A stretch of 64,000 nucleotides of DNA from a bacterium (lineage in GTDB: Bacteria > UBA8248), in NCBI GenBank assembly GCA_965219955.1, contig OZ244799.1, forward strand, positions 64,001-128,000, written 5' to 3'. A model generated the notes under the pieces. That model saw only the letters and a program-made list of their open reading frames with translations. It did not search any database and was not told the DNA's origin. The position numbers were made by a program, and so were the translations under genes. Below are positions 31,978-40,943 of the stretch, piece after piece (within the stretch, counting starts at the first letter, position 1; each line of letters starts with the position of its first letter).

Positions 31978-32844
31978 TCAACGCGTTTCGAGTGTTTTCC
32001 TGACGAAGGGGATGACCCGATTCGCGATATTGGGGTGTGTGAGTGATTCGAACGGGCCCTGCTTTTTGATTCGCTGTAGTTCCGCCCTGCCGCCTTTTTC
32101 CTCAATGGTTCTTAGAAAAGCCTCGGCGCCGCTGAGCGGGTAGGGCTCTCCCTGGCTGTGGAGAAGCAGAACAGGGGCTTTTATTTTATCCCCCGCCCGG
32201 ATGGGAGAGCGCTCCCGGTAAGCCTCCCCTGCTTGAGCGGGCGGACCGCCGAGCACGGCGCGTATTCTGTTCTTCTGTTTCCGGGATAAGCGCCCATACG
32301 TTTGCTCCAGGTCGTAAAATCCGTTTTCGAGAATGAGGCCCGAAACCTTGGCGCCCCTCGCGGCCGCGAGGGCGGCGGCCGAGGCCCCCTGCCCGATGCC
32401 GTAGATGAAGATACCGTCTTTTCTGACGTTCTCCCTCGTACTTAGATAACGGACCGCGCCCAGGGCGGCCTCCACGCTTCTCGGCCCGGCGAAATCCTCA
32501 GGCCCGGTGGATGCACCGAAACCGGGCAGCGAGATGCTCATCAGGATGAGGCCGTCGCGTACGTGAGCCAGGATGGCGCGTCTGAATCTCTGGGCCCGTG
32601 CATCCGCTCCATGCAGGAGGAGGATCGCCGGATAGCGTCTCTGCGGGAGATGTCCTCTGTCAGGGGGCCACGCGGCGAAAGCCTCCACGCGCCCCCAGGT
32701 GAACGGTATGAACCATTCCCGGATCACCTCGCCCCGGGCGGTTTTCGTTTCATGGACTGCGGCGCATCCCACGAGCAGAAACGTGGAAATCAGGAGAAAA
32801 AAAACGTTGCACGGGATTTTTTTTGAAATTTTTCTCAAGAACAC
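31978..32844 (-). CDS. Alpha/beta hydrolase-fold lipoprotein (S9-like)
   Basis: Lipobox LLVGC, LLLHG, PGFGASTG, KAPVLLLH; nucleophile elbow reads GIGQG rather than GxSxG, so it may be inactive; start uncertain. Confidence 0.7.
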   Translation of the reverse strand: MFLRKISKKIPCNVFFLLISTFLLVGCAAVHETKTARGEVIREWFIPFTWGRVEAFAAWPPDRGHLPQRRYPAILLLHGADARAQRFRRAILAHVRDGLILMSISLPGFGASTGPEDFAGPRSVEAALGAVRYLSTRENVRKDGIFIYGIGQGASAAALAAARGAKVSGLILENGFYDLEQTYGRLSRKQKNRIRAVLGGPPAQAGEAYRERSPIRAGDKIKAPVLLLHSQGEPYPLSGAEAFLRTIEEKGGRAELQRIKKQGPFESLTHPNIANRVIPFVRKTLETR

Positions 32845-33163
32845 GTCGGGTCCTTTTCGACTTTGCGAGTGCTTATCATAAAGTTTTTTTTCGGGCGGGA
32901 ATGAATGTAAGGCATAAATAATATCATCTTAACATACTGATTTGACGGAGCCGGGCATGTCGCTGAAAAAAAGAGGTTGCATTTTTCATATTTTCGTATT
33001 ATATTCGCTTTACTGGAGGATTAAAAAAATTCTTCGTACAGTAACAATTTTTTAACACGATTTTCACACAAAATGTAGTGCAAAAATGTATGAGAGGCAC
33101 TATATATAGATTATTGAACCATTCTCCTTCAGCTACGAGGAGAAGCTGGAAAGGAGGCCCGTC

Positions 33164-33385
33164 ATGGCGATAACAACTCAAGGACCCGGATACAAGACAC
33201 ATGGGACGAGCCAGACTTCGAAGCGCATTCACCAAGCCTGCATGCGGAATCTCGCCCTCTATCTGCAAGGCCAAATCTCATATGAGGATTGGCGCAGCCG
33301 ACAAGAGGAACTCGAATCGAGACTTACGCCCGCGCCCGAACTCCCCTTCGAAGCAGGGGAGCCAAAAACCCCCGAGGCCGCCTGA
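33164..33385 (+). CDS. Hypothetical 73-aa protein
   Basis: Strong AAAGGAGG RBS upstream of ATG, downstream of an AT-rich promoter-like region; no recognisable family. Confidence 0.55.
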   Translation: MAITTQGPGYKTHGTSQTSKRIHQACMRNLALYLQGQISYEDWRSRQEELESRLTPAPELPFEAGEPKTPEAA

Positions 33386-33798
33386 TTCCCTCCCTCGCCT
33401 GGGCGCAACGGTCCAGGCAAGCGCATCGTTTCTCCCTGATGCGCTTACGCCGCTTTCTCCGCCCGGCCCTGCGATTAGCGGGGCATCGCCCGTAGGCGGC
33501 ATGAGGGATGGGGAGAATCCGGAAATCTGTCTTTATGCCGTTTTACCCATGTATGGCCGATCATATGAAGAAAAACCGTGTTCTGGTCCTGCGGGCGGCG
33601 TGACGGATACGATTGCAAATCTCTGTTTTTTGCCTCTTGCGTTTGTTTTCGGCCTCTGATAGGGTTCGGTGTCTTTTCCCGCAACAGGTGTGGGCAAAAG
33701 GTTTTGTGGGTATGCAAGACGAATGAAGATTCCCTCCCAAGAGACGCTCCATTCATCATTACATCCCCCAGTTCAGTTTCTTTTTTATGAGGAAGTGT

Positions 33799-34002
33799 AT
33801 GTCAACAGGTACAGTGAAGTGGTTCAACGATGCAAAAGGGTATGGTTTCATCACGCCCGAGGACGGTGGTGAGGATTTGTTCGTTCACCACACGGCCATT
33901 CAGGCGGAAGGATTCAAATCCTTGAGCGAGGACGATCAGGTATCGTTCGAAGTCGCCCAGGGTCCCAAGGGGCTTCAGGCGCAAAACGTCGTCAAGCTCT
34001 AA
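33799..34002 (+). CDS. Cold-shock protein (CspA family)
   Basis: [25 protein letters not shown]; GAGGA RBS before ATG 33799. Confidence 0.97.
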   Translation: MSTGTVKWFNDAKGYGFITPEDGGEDLFVHHTAIQAEGFKSLSEDDQVSFEVAQGPKGLQAQNVVKL

Positions 34003-34022
34003 CGCATTACCCGGCGTTTAAG

Positions 34023-34058
34023 AAAAGTGGTGGCTGGTTTCCGGCCACCACTTTTTTT
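34023..34058 (+). terminator. Rho-independent terminator after csp
   Basis: AAAAGTGGTGGC...GCCACCAC followed by T7. Confidence 0.85.
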
Positions 34059-34131
34059 CGCCTCGGACTTTCCCATCTTCTCCCTCCCAAGGTAATCTGC
34101 GCCTCAATTGTCTCACAGAGAGGATTTTCCG

Positions 34132-36171
34132 ATGAAGCGTCCCGCGCTCGAGATGAGAAGAAACATCGGCATCATCTCCCACATCGACGCCGGAAAAACG
34201 ACGACCACCGAGCGCATGCTTTACTACTCGGGTGCCGTGCACAGGATTGGAGAGGTGGATGAGGGTTCGGCCACAATGGACTGGATGAGCCAGGAGCGCG
34301 AGCGCGGCATCACCATCACCTCGGCGGCCATCACCACCACCTGGGCGGATCATGAGATCACCATCATCGACACCCCCGGGCACGTGGATTTCACGATCGA
34401 GGTGGAAAGAAGCCTGCGCGTGCTCGATGGCGCCATCGCTATTTTCAGCGCCGTGGAAGGCGTCGAACCACAGAGCGAGACCGTGTGGCGGCAGGCGGAT
34501 AAATTCCGCGTGCCCCGGCTCGCCTTCATCAACAAGCTGGATCGTCTGGGGGCGGATTTCGAGAGAACCGTCGAGATGATCGTCGAAAAATTAGGGGCCA
34601 GACCCGTGCTCATGCACTGGCCCGACGGCGAGGGCGAGGGGTATACGGGCCAGGTGGAGGTGCTGAGCGGAGATTTCCTCACCTGGGAGGGAGGAGAGCC
34701 CCATAGGTCCGAACCCGCCGGAGCGCTCAAGGAAAAGGCGGCGCAGTTGAGAGAAGCTCTCATCGAAGCGGTCGCGGATCATGACGAATCCCTGATGGTG
34801 GCCTATCTGGAAGGAAGCGTCATCGAGCCTGCAACGCTCAAGGCGGCTTTGAGGCGCGTCGTTCTCGCGGGCGGACTCGTTCCCGTTTTCTGCGGCTCAT
34901 CGCTGAAGAACAAAGGGGTGCAGCCCCTGCTGGACGCCGTGTTGGATTATCTGCCCTCACCGGTGGATACGCCGCCGGCGAGCGGTTTCCCTCCCGGCGA
35001 GGAAAACCCCATCACCCGTCCTCCCGCGGAGGATGCGCCTTTTTCCGCCCTGGTCTTCAAGGTGCAAATCGATGAGGGCAGGCGGCTCACCTACCTGCGG
35101 GTGTATAGCGGCGCAGCGAAGGTGGGCGAGAGCCTGTGGAATCCCGCAAGGGGAGACAGCGAGCGCTTCGCCCGGCTTTTCAGGATGTATTCCCATAAGC
35201 GCGAACGCCTCGACGCCGTTGGGCCGGGGGACATCGTCGCGGCGGCCGGCATGAAGGAAGCGGTGACGGGCGATACCCTTTGCGACCGGAAAGAGCAGAT
35301 AGCCTTCGAGTCGATTCGTGCGCCCCAGCCCGTCATCTCGGTCGCGATTGAACCAAGGGACGCCACGGGGAGCAAGAAGCTGGGCGAGACTCTGGCGAAA
35401 CTCCAGGCGGAAGACCCCACGTTTCAGGTGAGAGTGGATTCGGAATCCGGCCAGACGGTGATGAGCGGCATGGGCGAACTCCATCTGGAAGTGCTCACGC
35501 GCCGGATAGACGAGGATTTCGGCGTGGACGTCCGCGTCGGCGCGCCCCGCGTGGTCTACCGCGAATCGCTTGCGAGAGAGGCCGCGGCGGAGTCCACCTT
35601 CGACAGGGACCTGGCGGGCGAGCCCCAGTTCGCCAGGGTGCGCGTGGGCGTGGCGCCCCGGCCCGGCGGAGGCGTCTCGTGCGAGAGCGCGGTGGACGAC
35701 GGGGCTGTTCCTGAAAATCTGATTGCCGCCGCTCTGGAAGCGCTCCGGGCATCCACGTCGAGCGGCGCCATGGCGGGTTATGAGATGACGGACGTGGGCG
35801 TCACCTTGCTGGAGGCGGGTTATGACGCCGAGCGCGCCACGGAGGCCGCTTTCTCCATCGCGGCGGCGAACGCGTTTACCGAGGCCTGCCGCATGGCGGG
35901 CGGGCAGCTTTTGGAACCCATCATGTCGGTGGAGGTTGTGGCGCCCGGTGAGTTTCTGGGCGGGATCATCGGCGACATCAACGCCCGCGACGGAAAGGTG
36001 TCCGGCGTGGAAGAACGAGGCGGCGCATCGCCTGTGAGCGTCGTGCGCGCCTCGGTGCCCCTCGCCAAAGTGTTCGGTTACGCCACCTCCCTTCGCTCCG
36101 CCACCCAGGGCCGCGCCACCTACACCATGCGCTTTTCGCACTACGCCCCCTGCGAGATGGCGGGGGTATAA
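34132..36171 (+). CDS. fusA: Elongation factor G paralog outside the str operon
   Basis: HIDAGKTT, RGITI, DTPGH, NKLD intact; divergent domain IV. Confidence 0.9.
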   Translation: MKRPALEMRRNIGIISHIDAGKTTTTERMLYYSGAVHRIGEVDEGSATMDWMSQERERGITITSAAITTTWADHEITIIDTPGHVDFTIEVERSLRVLDGAIAIFSAVEGVEPQSETVWRQADKFRVPRLAFINKLDRLGADFERTVEMIVEKLGARPVLMHWPDGEGEGYTGQVEVLSGDFLTWEGGEPHRSEPAGALKEKAAQLREALIEAVADHDESLMVAYLEGSVIEPATLKAALRRVVLAGGLVPVFCGSSLKNKGVQPLLDAVLDYLPSPVDTPPASGFPPGEENPITRPPAEDAPFSALVFKVQIDEGRRLTYLRVYSGAAKVGESLWNPARGDSERFARLFRMYSHKRERLDAVGPGDIVAAAGMKEAVTGDTLCDRKEQIAFESIRAPQPVISVAIEPRDATGSKKLGETLAKLQAEDPTFQVRVDSESGQTVMSGMGELHLEVLTRRIDEDFGVDVRVGAPRVVYRESLAREAAAESTFDRDLAGEPQFARVRVGVAPRPGGGVSCESAVDDGAVPENLIAAALEALRASTSSGAMAGYEMTDVGVTLLEAGYDAERATEAAFSIAAANAFTEACRMAGGQLLEPIMSVEVVAPGEFLGGIIGDINARDGKVSGVEERGGASPVSVVRASVPLAKVFGYATSLRSATQGRATYTMRFSHYAPCEMAGV

Positions 36172-36215
36172 TTTTCTCCTCACCGTTTTCGTATTGGTGT
36201 GAAGGCGCATTCTGA

Positions 36216-37097
36216 ATGACCACCATCACCCTCTCGGTTCTCTTCTCGCTCTCCACGGCGCTCGTGGTCGGCTCCTTCACCCTGTTCGTGAGAAGCGGGC
36301 AGCGGCACGCGAACGCGGTTTCGGGCGTTCTCATCGGGCTAATCGTATCCATGCCGCCGCTGCTGGTCGGCGCGGTCTGGACGTGGGAGCCCGCCCACTA
36401 CCAGCCCTTGGGCTGGTTGTTCTTTGCACTGGCCGGTATCGCGGGGCCCGCCGTGGGCAGGGTGTGTTTCTTTCATTCGATTCATCTGATGGGCGTGGCG
36501 CGCGCGGTGCCGCTCAACTCCACCATGCCGCTTTTCTCGGCGATAGCCGGCATCTATGTCCTGGGCGAGAGGCCGGGGCCGTACATCCTGGCGGGCACGG
36601 TGCTCATCGTTTTGGGGTGCATGGGAATCACCGCGAAAAGAGGAGAGGCCCAGTCCATCCGGGGGAGCGACCTGCTCATCGCGCTCGGGAGCGTGGTTTT
36701 CTTCTCCGTCTCGCACATGCTTCGAAAACTCGGCGTGGGCGCATCGCCCAATCCGTATCTGGGCATATCGATCATGAGCGTTACGGGCGGGGTGTTTCTC
36801 TATGTTCTGGGGCAGTATCTGCCGCCTGGCTTAAGGCCTTCGCTCATGGTGAAAAAAGCGTGGGTGGCCTACAGCATCGGCGGCTTGCTGAACACTCTTT
36901 CGGTTCTCCTGCATCTTTACGGCCTTCACTACGGCGACCTCACCATCGTCATTCCGCTCGCCGCCACTGCGCCCTTGTGGGCGCTGTTGCTTACGGCCAT
37001 ATTCTTGCGCAAACTCGAGCGCATCACCTGGCCGATTCTCCTGGGCACTGTAGCGGTAGTCGTGGGAGGCGCACTCGTGGCCGGCCGTGCGCTCTGA
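36216..37097 (+). CDS. EamA/DMT family transporter
   Basis: About 10 TMs, two EamA repeats (LGERP, LERIT). Confidence 0.85.
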   Translation: MTTITLSVLFSLSTALVVGSFTLFVRSGQRHANAVSGVLIGLIVSMPPLLVGAVWTWEPAHYQPLGWLFFALAGIAGPAVGRVCFFHSIHLMGVARAVPLNSTMPLFSAIAGIYVLGERPGPYILAGTVLIVLGCMGITAKRGEAQSIRGSDLLIALGSVVFFSVSHMLRKLGVGASPNPYLGISIMSVTGGVFLYVLGQYLPPGLRPSLMVKKAWVAYSIGGLLNTLSVLLHLYGLHYGDLTIVIPLAATAPLWALLLTAIFLRKLERITWPILLGTVAVVVGGALVAGRAL

Positions 37098-37232
37098 CGA
37101 AGCGGGATCCGCTTCGTTCTGATATAGTGGGGACGGTCACGGATTTCTACTTCGCGCGTCGCCAATCTATCATTTCACCAGGCAGGCAAAGAAGGTTCAT
37201 CCTTGCCAAGTTTGTATAGGAGAGAAGTGGAT

Positions 37233-37652
37233 ATGAAATTCATTCACACTATTTTTTATGCTGTTGCGCTGATCGCTCTTTTGGGAGCAATACCAGCCTC
37301 GGGTGCGGATAAAGATACGGGGAAATCTACGGTGAAAGGCGCGGCGATGGACGGCGTCACGCTCAAAATCGCCGGTGGGGAGATCCAGGGCGGGAGCAAG
37401 GTGGTTCGCGTGAAGCAAGGAGATAAGGTCAAGCTGAATTTGATGGCCGATAAAACCACCGAAGTCCATCTCCACGGCTACGACATCGAAAAAGTCGTAT
37501 CCCCGGGCGGGGTGGCCGTGATGGCGTTTCAGGCCAGGGTGGCGGGCCGGTTTCCGGTAACGGTGCATGGTTCCCACTCCCACGGAACTAAAAAAAGAAA
37601 AGGTGGAGGTCATGGCGAGAAGGTGCTGTTCTACCTGGAGGTGCATCCATGA
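37233..37652 (+). CDS. Exported His-rich cupredoxin-like protein
   Basis: Signal peptide, RVKQGDKV.L, EVHLHGYD, GRFPV.VH, HSHG..GGGHG. Confidence 0.65.
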   Translation: MKFIHTIFYAVALIALLGAIPASGADKDTGKSTVKGAAMDGVTLKIAGGEIQGGSKVVRVKQGDKVKLNLMADKTTEVHLHGYDIEKVVSPGGVAVMAFQARVAGRFPVTVHGSHSHGTKKRKGGGHGEKVLFYLEVHP

Positions 37653-37665
37653 CCAGAGCAATCCC

Positions 37666-39117
37666 ATGAGCTTTTTTCTCCGGGGGCTTTGGCTCGCAGC
37701 CGCCATCGTTTTGCTTCCAACCTTCGCGTCGGCGCATGGATTCGGACAAAGATACGACCTGCCGGTGCCGCTGGGCCTGTTCATGCTCGGCGCGGGCGCA
37801 TCCGTGGTTCTCTCGTTTTTGGGCATGGGGCTTTTCGTCCGCAAAAAACATGAGAGCGTGGATTATCCGAGTTGCGACCTTCTCGCCTCCCCCCTTTTGG
37901 GGTGGATGGGGGGTGCGGGTTTCTTGTCGGTGATACGAGCGCTTTCCGTCGTTTTGTTCTGCGTAATGCTGGCGGCGGGTTTTTGGGGAACCGATGAGCC
38001 GGCGAAGAACATCGCGCCCACGTTGATCTGGATCATCTGGTGGGTGGGTCTGGCCTACGTGTGCGCTTTGGCGGGAAATCTGTGGTCGCTGGTCAATCCG
38101 TGGGACATCACCTTTTCCTGGGCGGAGACGCTGTATCGGAAAATGGGACGGGGCGGTTCCTTATCGCTTGAGCGGCCATTCCCCGAGCGCCTGGGGGTGT
38201 GGCCCGCCCTGTATCTGTTCCTCTGGTTCGCCTGGGCGGAGATCGTCTGGCCGAACAATGACGTTCCCCGCAATCTCTCGCTCGCCGCTCTGGGTTATTC
38301 CATCATCACCTGGGCCGGTATGTTCGTTCATGGCAAAAAGGTGTGGCTCGAGCGCGGGGAGGCATTTTCCATCATATTCGACGTGATGAGCCGCTTCTCT
38401 GTCACCGAGGCGCGCGCGAGCAAGGACGGGAGAAGAGAATGGCGCCTGAGACCGCCGGCCGCGGGCCTTCTGAACACGGACGGCATGAGCAACTCCATGA
38501 TGGTGTTGGTGGTGTTGATGCTGGCTACGGTGAGTTTTGACGGCTTTACCGAAACCCCCCTATGGCATCTCCTCCGGGCGGGAATATACGAGGGGGTCGT
38601 CTGGGTGGGACGCGATGCCCTTCTTGTGGCTGACACCATAGCGCTCATTGCGGCTCCTGCGCTGTTCCTCGGCGTGTATTACGCCTTCTGCGCCTTGATG
38701 CGCGCCATGAGCGGAAGCACGCTCTCCACGGGGGAATTCGCGCGCCTATTCGTGCTCTCGCTGGTTCCCATCGCGATTGGATACCACGTGGCGCATTATT
38801 TCTCCTTTCTCTTCATTCAGGGACAACGCATCATCCCGCTTTTGTCGGATCCCTTCGGGGTGGGATGGAACCTGTGGGGAACCGCCGCCTACAAGGTCGA
38901 CATCGGAATCATCGGCGCGAAGACGACCTGGTACGCTTCGATCGCGGCGATCGTCATCGGGCATATATGCGCAGTTTATCTGGCGCATGTGACGGCGCTG
39001 CGCGCACTCGAGAACCGTTTCGCCGCCGTGCGCAGTCAATATCCGATGCTCGTTCTCATGGTGGGCTACACCATGGTGAGCTTGTGGATCATCGCACAGC
39101 CGATAACGGACGGCTGA
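37666..39117 (+). CDS. Uncharacterised polytopic membrane protein (family often labelled fenitrothion hydrolase)
   Basis: Signal peptide ASA then HGFGQRYDLPVP, about 11 TMs, SLVPIAIGYHVAHY, SDPFGVGWNL, GH..AV..AH. Confidence 0.7.
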   Translation: MSFFLRGLWLAAAIVLLPTFASAHGFGQRYDLPVPLGLFMLGAGASVVLSFLGMGLFVRKKHESVDYPSCDLLASPLLGWMGGAGFLSVIRALSVVLFCVMLAAGFWGTDEPAKNIAPTLIWIIWWVGLAYVCALAGNLWSLVNPWDITFSWAETLYRKMGRGGSLSLERPFPERLGVWPALYLFLWFAWAEIVWPNNDVPRNLSLAALGYSIITWAGMFVHGKKVWLERGEAFSIIFDVMSRFSVTEARASKDGRREWRLRPPAAGLLNTDGMSNSMMVLVVLMLATVSFDGFTETPLWHLLRAGIYEGVVWVGRDALLVADTIALIAAPALFLGVYYAFCALMRAMSGSTLSTGEFARLFVLSLVPIAIGYHVAHYFSFLFIQGQRIIPLLSDPFGVGWNLWGTAAYKVDIGIIGAKTTWYASIAAIVIGHICAVYLAHVTALRALENRFAAVRSQYPMLVLMVGYTMVSLWIIAQPITDG

Positions 39118-39405
39118 CGGTTGGTGGGCTTGTATCATTTTCCACGCCACTATCGCGGTAAGGAGGGCGAAATGCCGGGATTGTAGCGCTCGATGGCCGC
39201 TCGGCGAGCAGGCGGACGTGAAAAACGACCCTCTTTCCCGGTTTTTGTGCCGGAAGCCGTTTCAGTTTTCAGAAGGCAAATCTCATCCTGCGCCCTTGGA
39301 TACTCGTCACGGCGTGGCTATGAACCCCCACCTCTGATAAGACACCACTTTTGCGCCGTTTTTATTCGATGGATTCGTTGCATTTTTTCGGCCGGGAGGC
39401 GCTTC

Positions 39406-40287
39406 ATGAACGATACGCTACTGGCGGCGGGGTTCGCCCTGGGCACCGCGTCGATGTCCTCGGCCTTCAGCCTCATCGCCAGGCGCGGACAGCAGCACGG
39501 CACGGCCATCACGGGCGTGGTCATCGGCCTGATTGTGAACGTCCCCTGGCTGGTGGCGCTCACGATCCTCACCTGGGAACCCGCCTATTGGAGCTCGGAA
39601 GCCTGGTTCTGGTTCTTCCTGTCGGGTATCACGGGGCCGTCGCTCGGCCGCGTTTTCATGTTCCGGGCGATACATCGCCTGGGCGTCTCACGCGCAGTTC
39701 CCCTCCTGGCGGCCAACCCGCTGTTTTCAGCCGGTTTCGCCTATATCTTTTTGGGGGAGCGGCCGGGGACTTACGTGTGGGCGGGGATTTTCCTGGTCGT
39801 TTTAGGCTGTGTGGGGATTACTTATCAGCGCAAGAGCGACGCTCCCTGGGACAGGCGCGCCATCTGGCTGCCGCTCTTGTCCGTTCTGGGGTTTTCCACG
39901 TCGAACATTTTCAGAAAAATCGGGATCGAGGTCGTTCCTTCCGCACTGCTCGGCATCACGCTCACCAGTTTTTTCGGTTTGGTGGCGCTGGTCGCGGTTT
40001 TGTGGTTTCTGCCTAAACCCCAGCGCCCGTCTCTCAAGTGGGGAAAGGCCTGGCATTTCTATGGGCCCTGCGGACTCATCAACACGCTGGCGTTTTTGAG
40101 TCATTTCGCCGCTTTGAAGTATGGAGACATATCCGTCGTATCGCCGCTTTCATCCACAGCGCCGCTTTTCGCGCTCTTGTATTCCTGGATATTCCTGCGC
40201 GACATGGAGCGGATCACGCTACCCATCCTGCTGGGGACGGTATGCGTCGTCGCGGGAGGGGCGATCATCGCCTTGAAAGCGATGTAG
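39406..40287 (+). CDS. EamA/DMT family transporter, paralog of 36216..37097
   Basis: About 10 TMs; GPSLGRVF..AIH.LGVSRAVPL and ERITLPILLGT are shared with the upstream paralog; GGAGG RBS. Confidence 0.85.
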   Translation: MNDTLLAAGFALGTASMSSAFSLIARRGQQHGTAITGVVIGLIVNVPWLVALTILTWEPAYWSSEAWFWFFLSGITGPSLGRVFMFRAIHRLGVSRAVPLLAANPLFSAGFAYIFLGERPGTYVWAGIFLVVLGCVGITYQRKSDAPWDRRAIWLPLLSVLGFSTSNIFRKIGIEVVPSALLGITLTSFFGLVALVAVLWFLPKPQRPSLKWGKAWHFYGPCGLINTLAFLSHFAALKYGDISVVSPLSSTAPLFALLYSWIFLRDMERITLPILLGTVCVVAGGAIIALKAM

Positions 40288-40307
40288 CGCGCCGCCTTGC
40301 GCCCTGA

Positions 40308-40853
40308 TCAGCCCGTGAGAAGCGCCCTGATCGTGGGAGCGATCTCTTTCGCGCGTCCCTGGAGTTGCTCATCCGTCAGGCTGCCCACCGGATGGGGGAT
40401 ATAGGCCACCGGGTAGTCCGGCATGCCGCGGACCTTCGAAACCATCTCGACCGTGGGCCGGAACGGCTCGGTGCAGATGACGGCGGTGGGGACGCCTTTT
40501 TTCTCCAGTTCGATTCCATCGTGCACACTGCACGAAGAGCAGGAGCCTCAGTCGCCCACCGCGGTGATGGCGAGGTCGCATTTCTCGGCCATCTCCGCGT
40601 AGACCTCCGGCTTGGCCGGGCGGGTGTCGTATTCTTTGGATAGCTCGACGGACAGGTCTGGATCCGCGCCGTCCGCGCGCAACTCATCGAGTATGTAGCG
40701 CATGAGCTTGTCCGCGCCCACCTTGGAGTTCCAGAGCAGCCCGATGCGCTTGCCCGAAAGCGCGCCGTCGCGGGTTGTGCGGTCTTCGGTTTCGATTTCC
40801 GGCTCCACGGTCGGGTCGTAAATCGGTATTGCGGTTTCTACGATGGGGTTCAT
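40308..40853 (-). CDS. UGSC-family selenoprotein (181 aa, Sec at codon 102)
   Basis: Track ORFs 40548..40853 and 40308..40526 are in one frame, joined by a TGA at 40550-40548: TAVGD-U-GSCSSCSVHDGIELEKKGVP; AGGAGG RBS. Confidence 0.88.
40519..40535 (-). promoter_or_regulatory. Putative bacterial SECIS hairpin
   Basis: TCGTGCA-GTG-TGCACGA perfect 7-bp stem with a G-first loop, 12 nt 3' of the UGA. Confidence 0.65.
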
Positions 40854-40943
40854 CGAACGCTTCCTCCTGTATGTGCATCAACGCCAGGATGTTCACTCGT
40901 TTTGTAGTCCATCAACCGATCTTCTCTTTTGATGCTGTATTCT

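Noticed and set aside
32907-32934. dif-like site GTAAGGCATAA-ATAATA-TCATCTTAACA
   Set aside because: The XerD arm matches TTATGTTAAAT at only 7 of 11 positions in an AT-rich tract; probably chance.
40308-40853. Nonsense-disrupted pseudogene or two small genes
   Set aside because: The TGA falls exactly in a UxxCxxC motif and is followed by a SECIS-like hairpin, so recoding explains it better.
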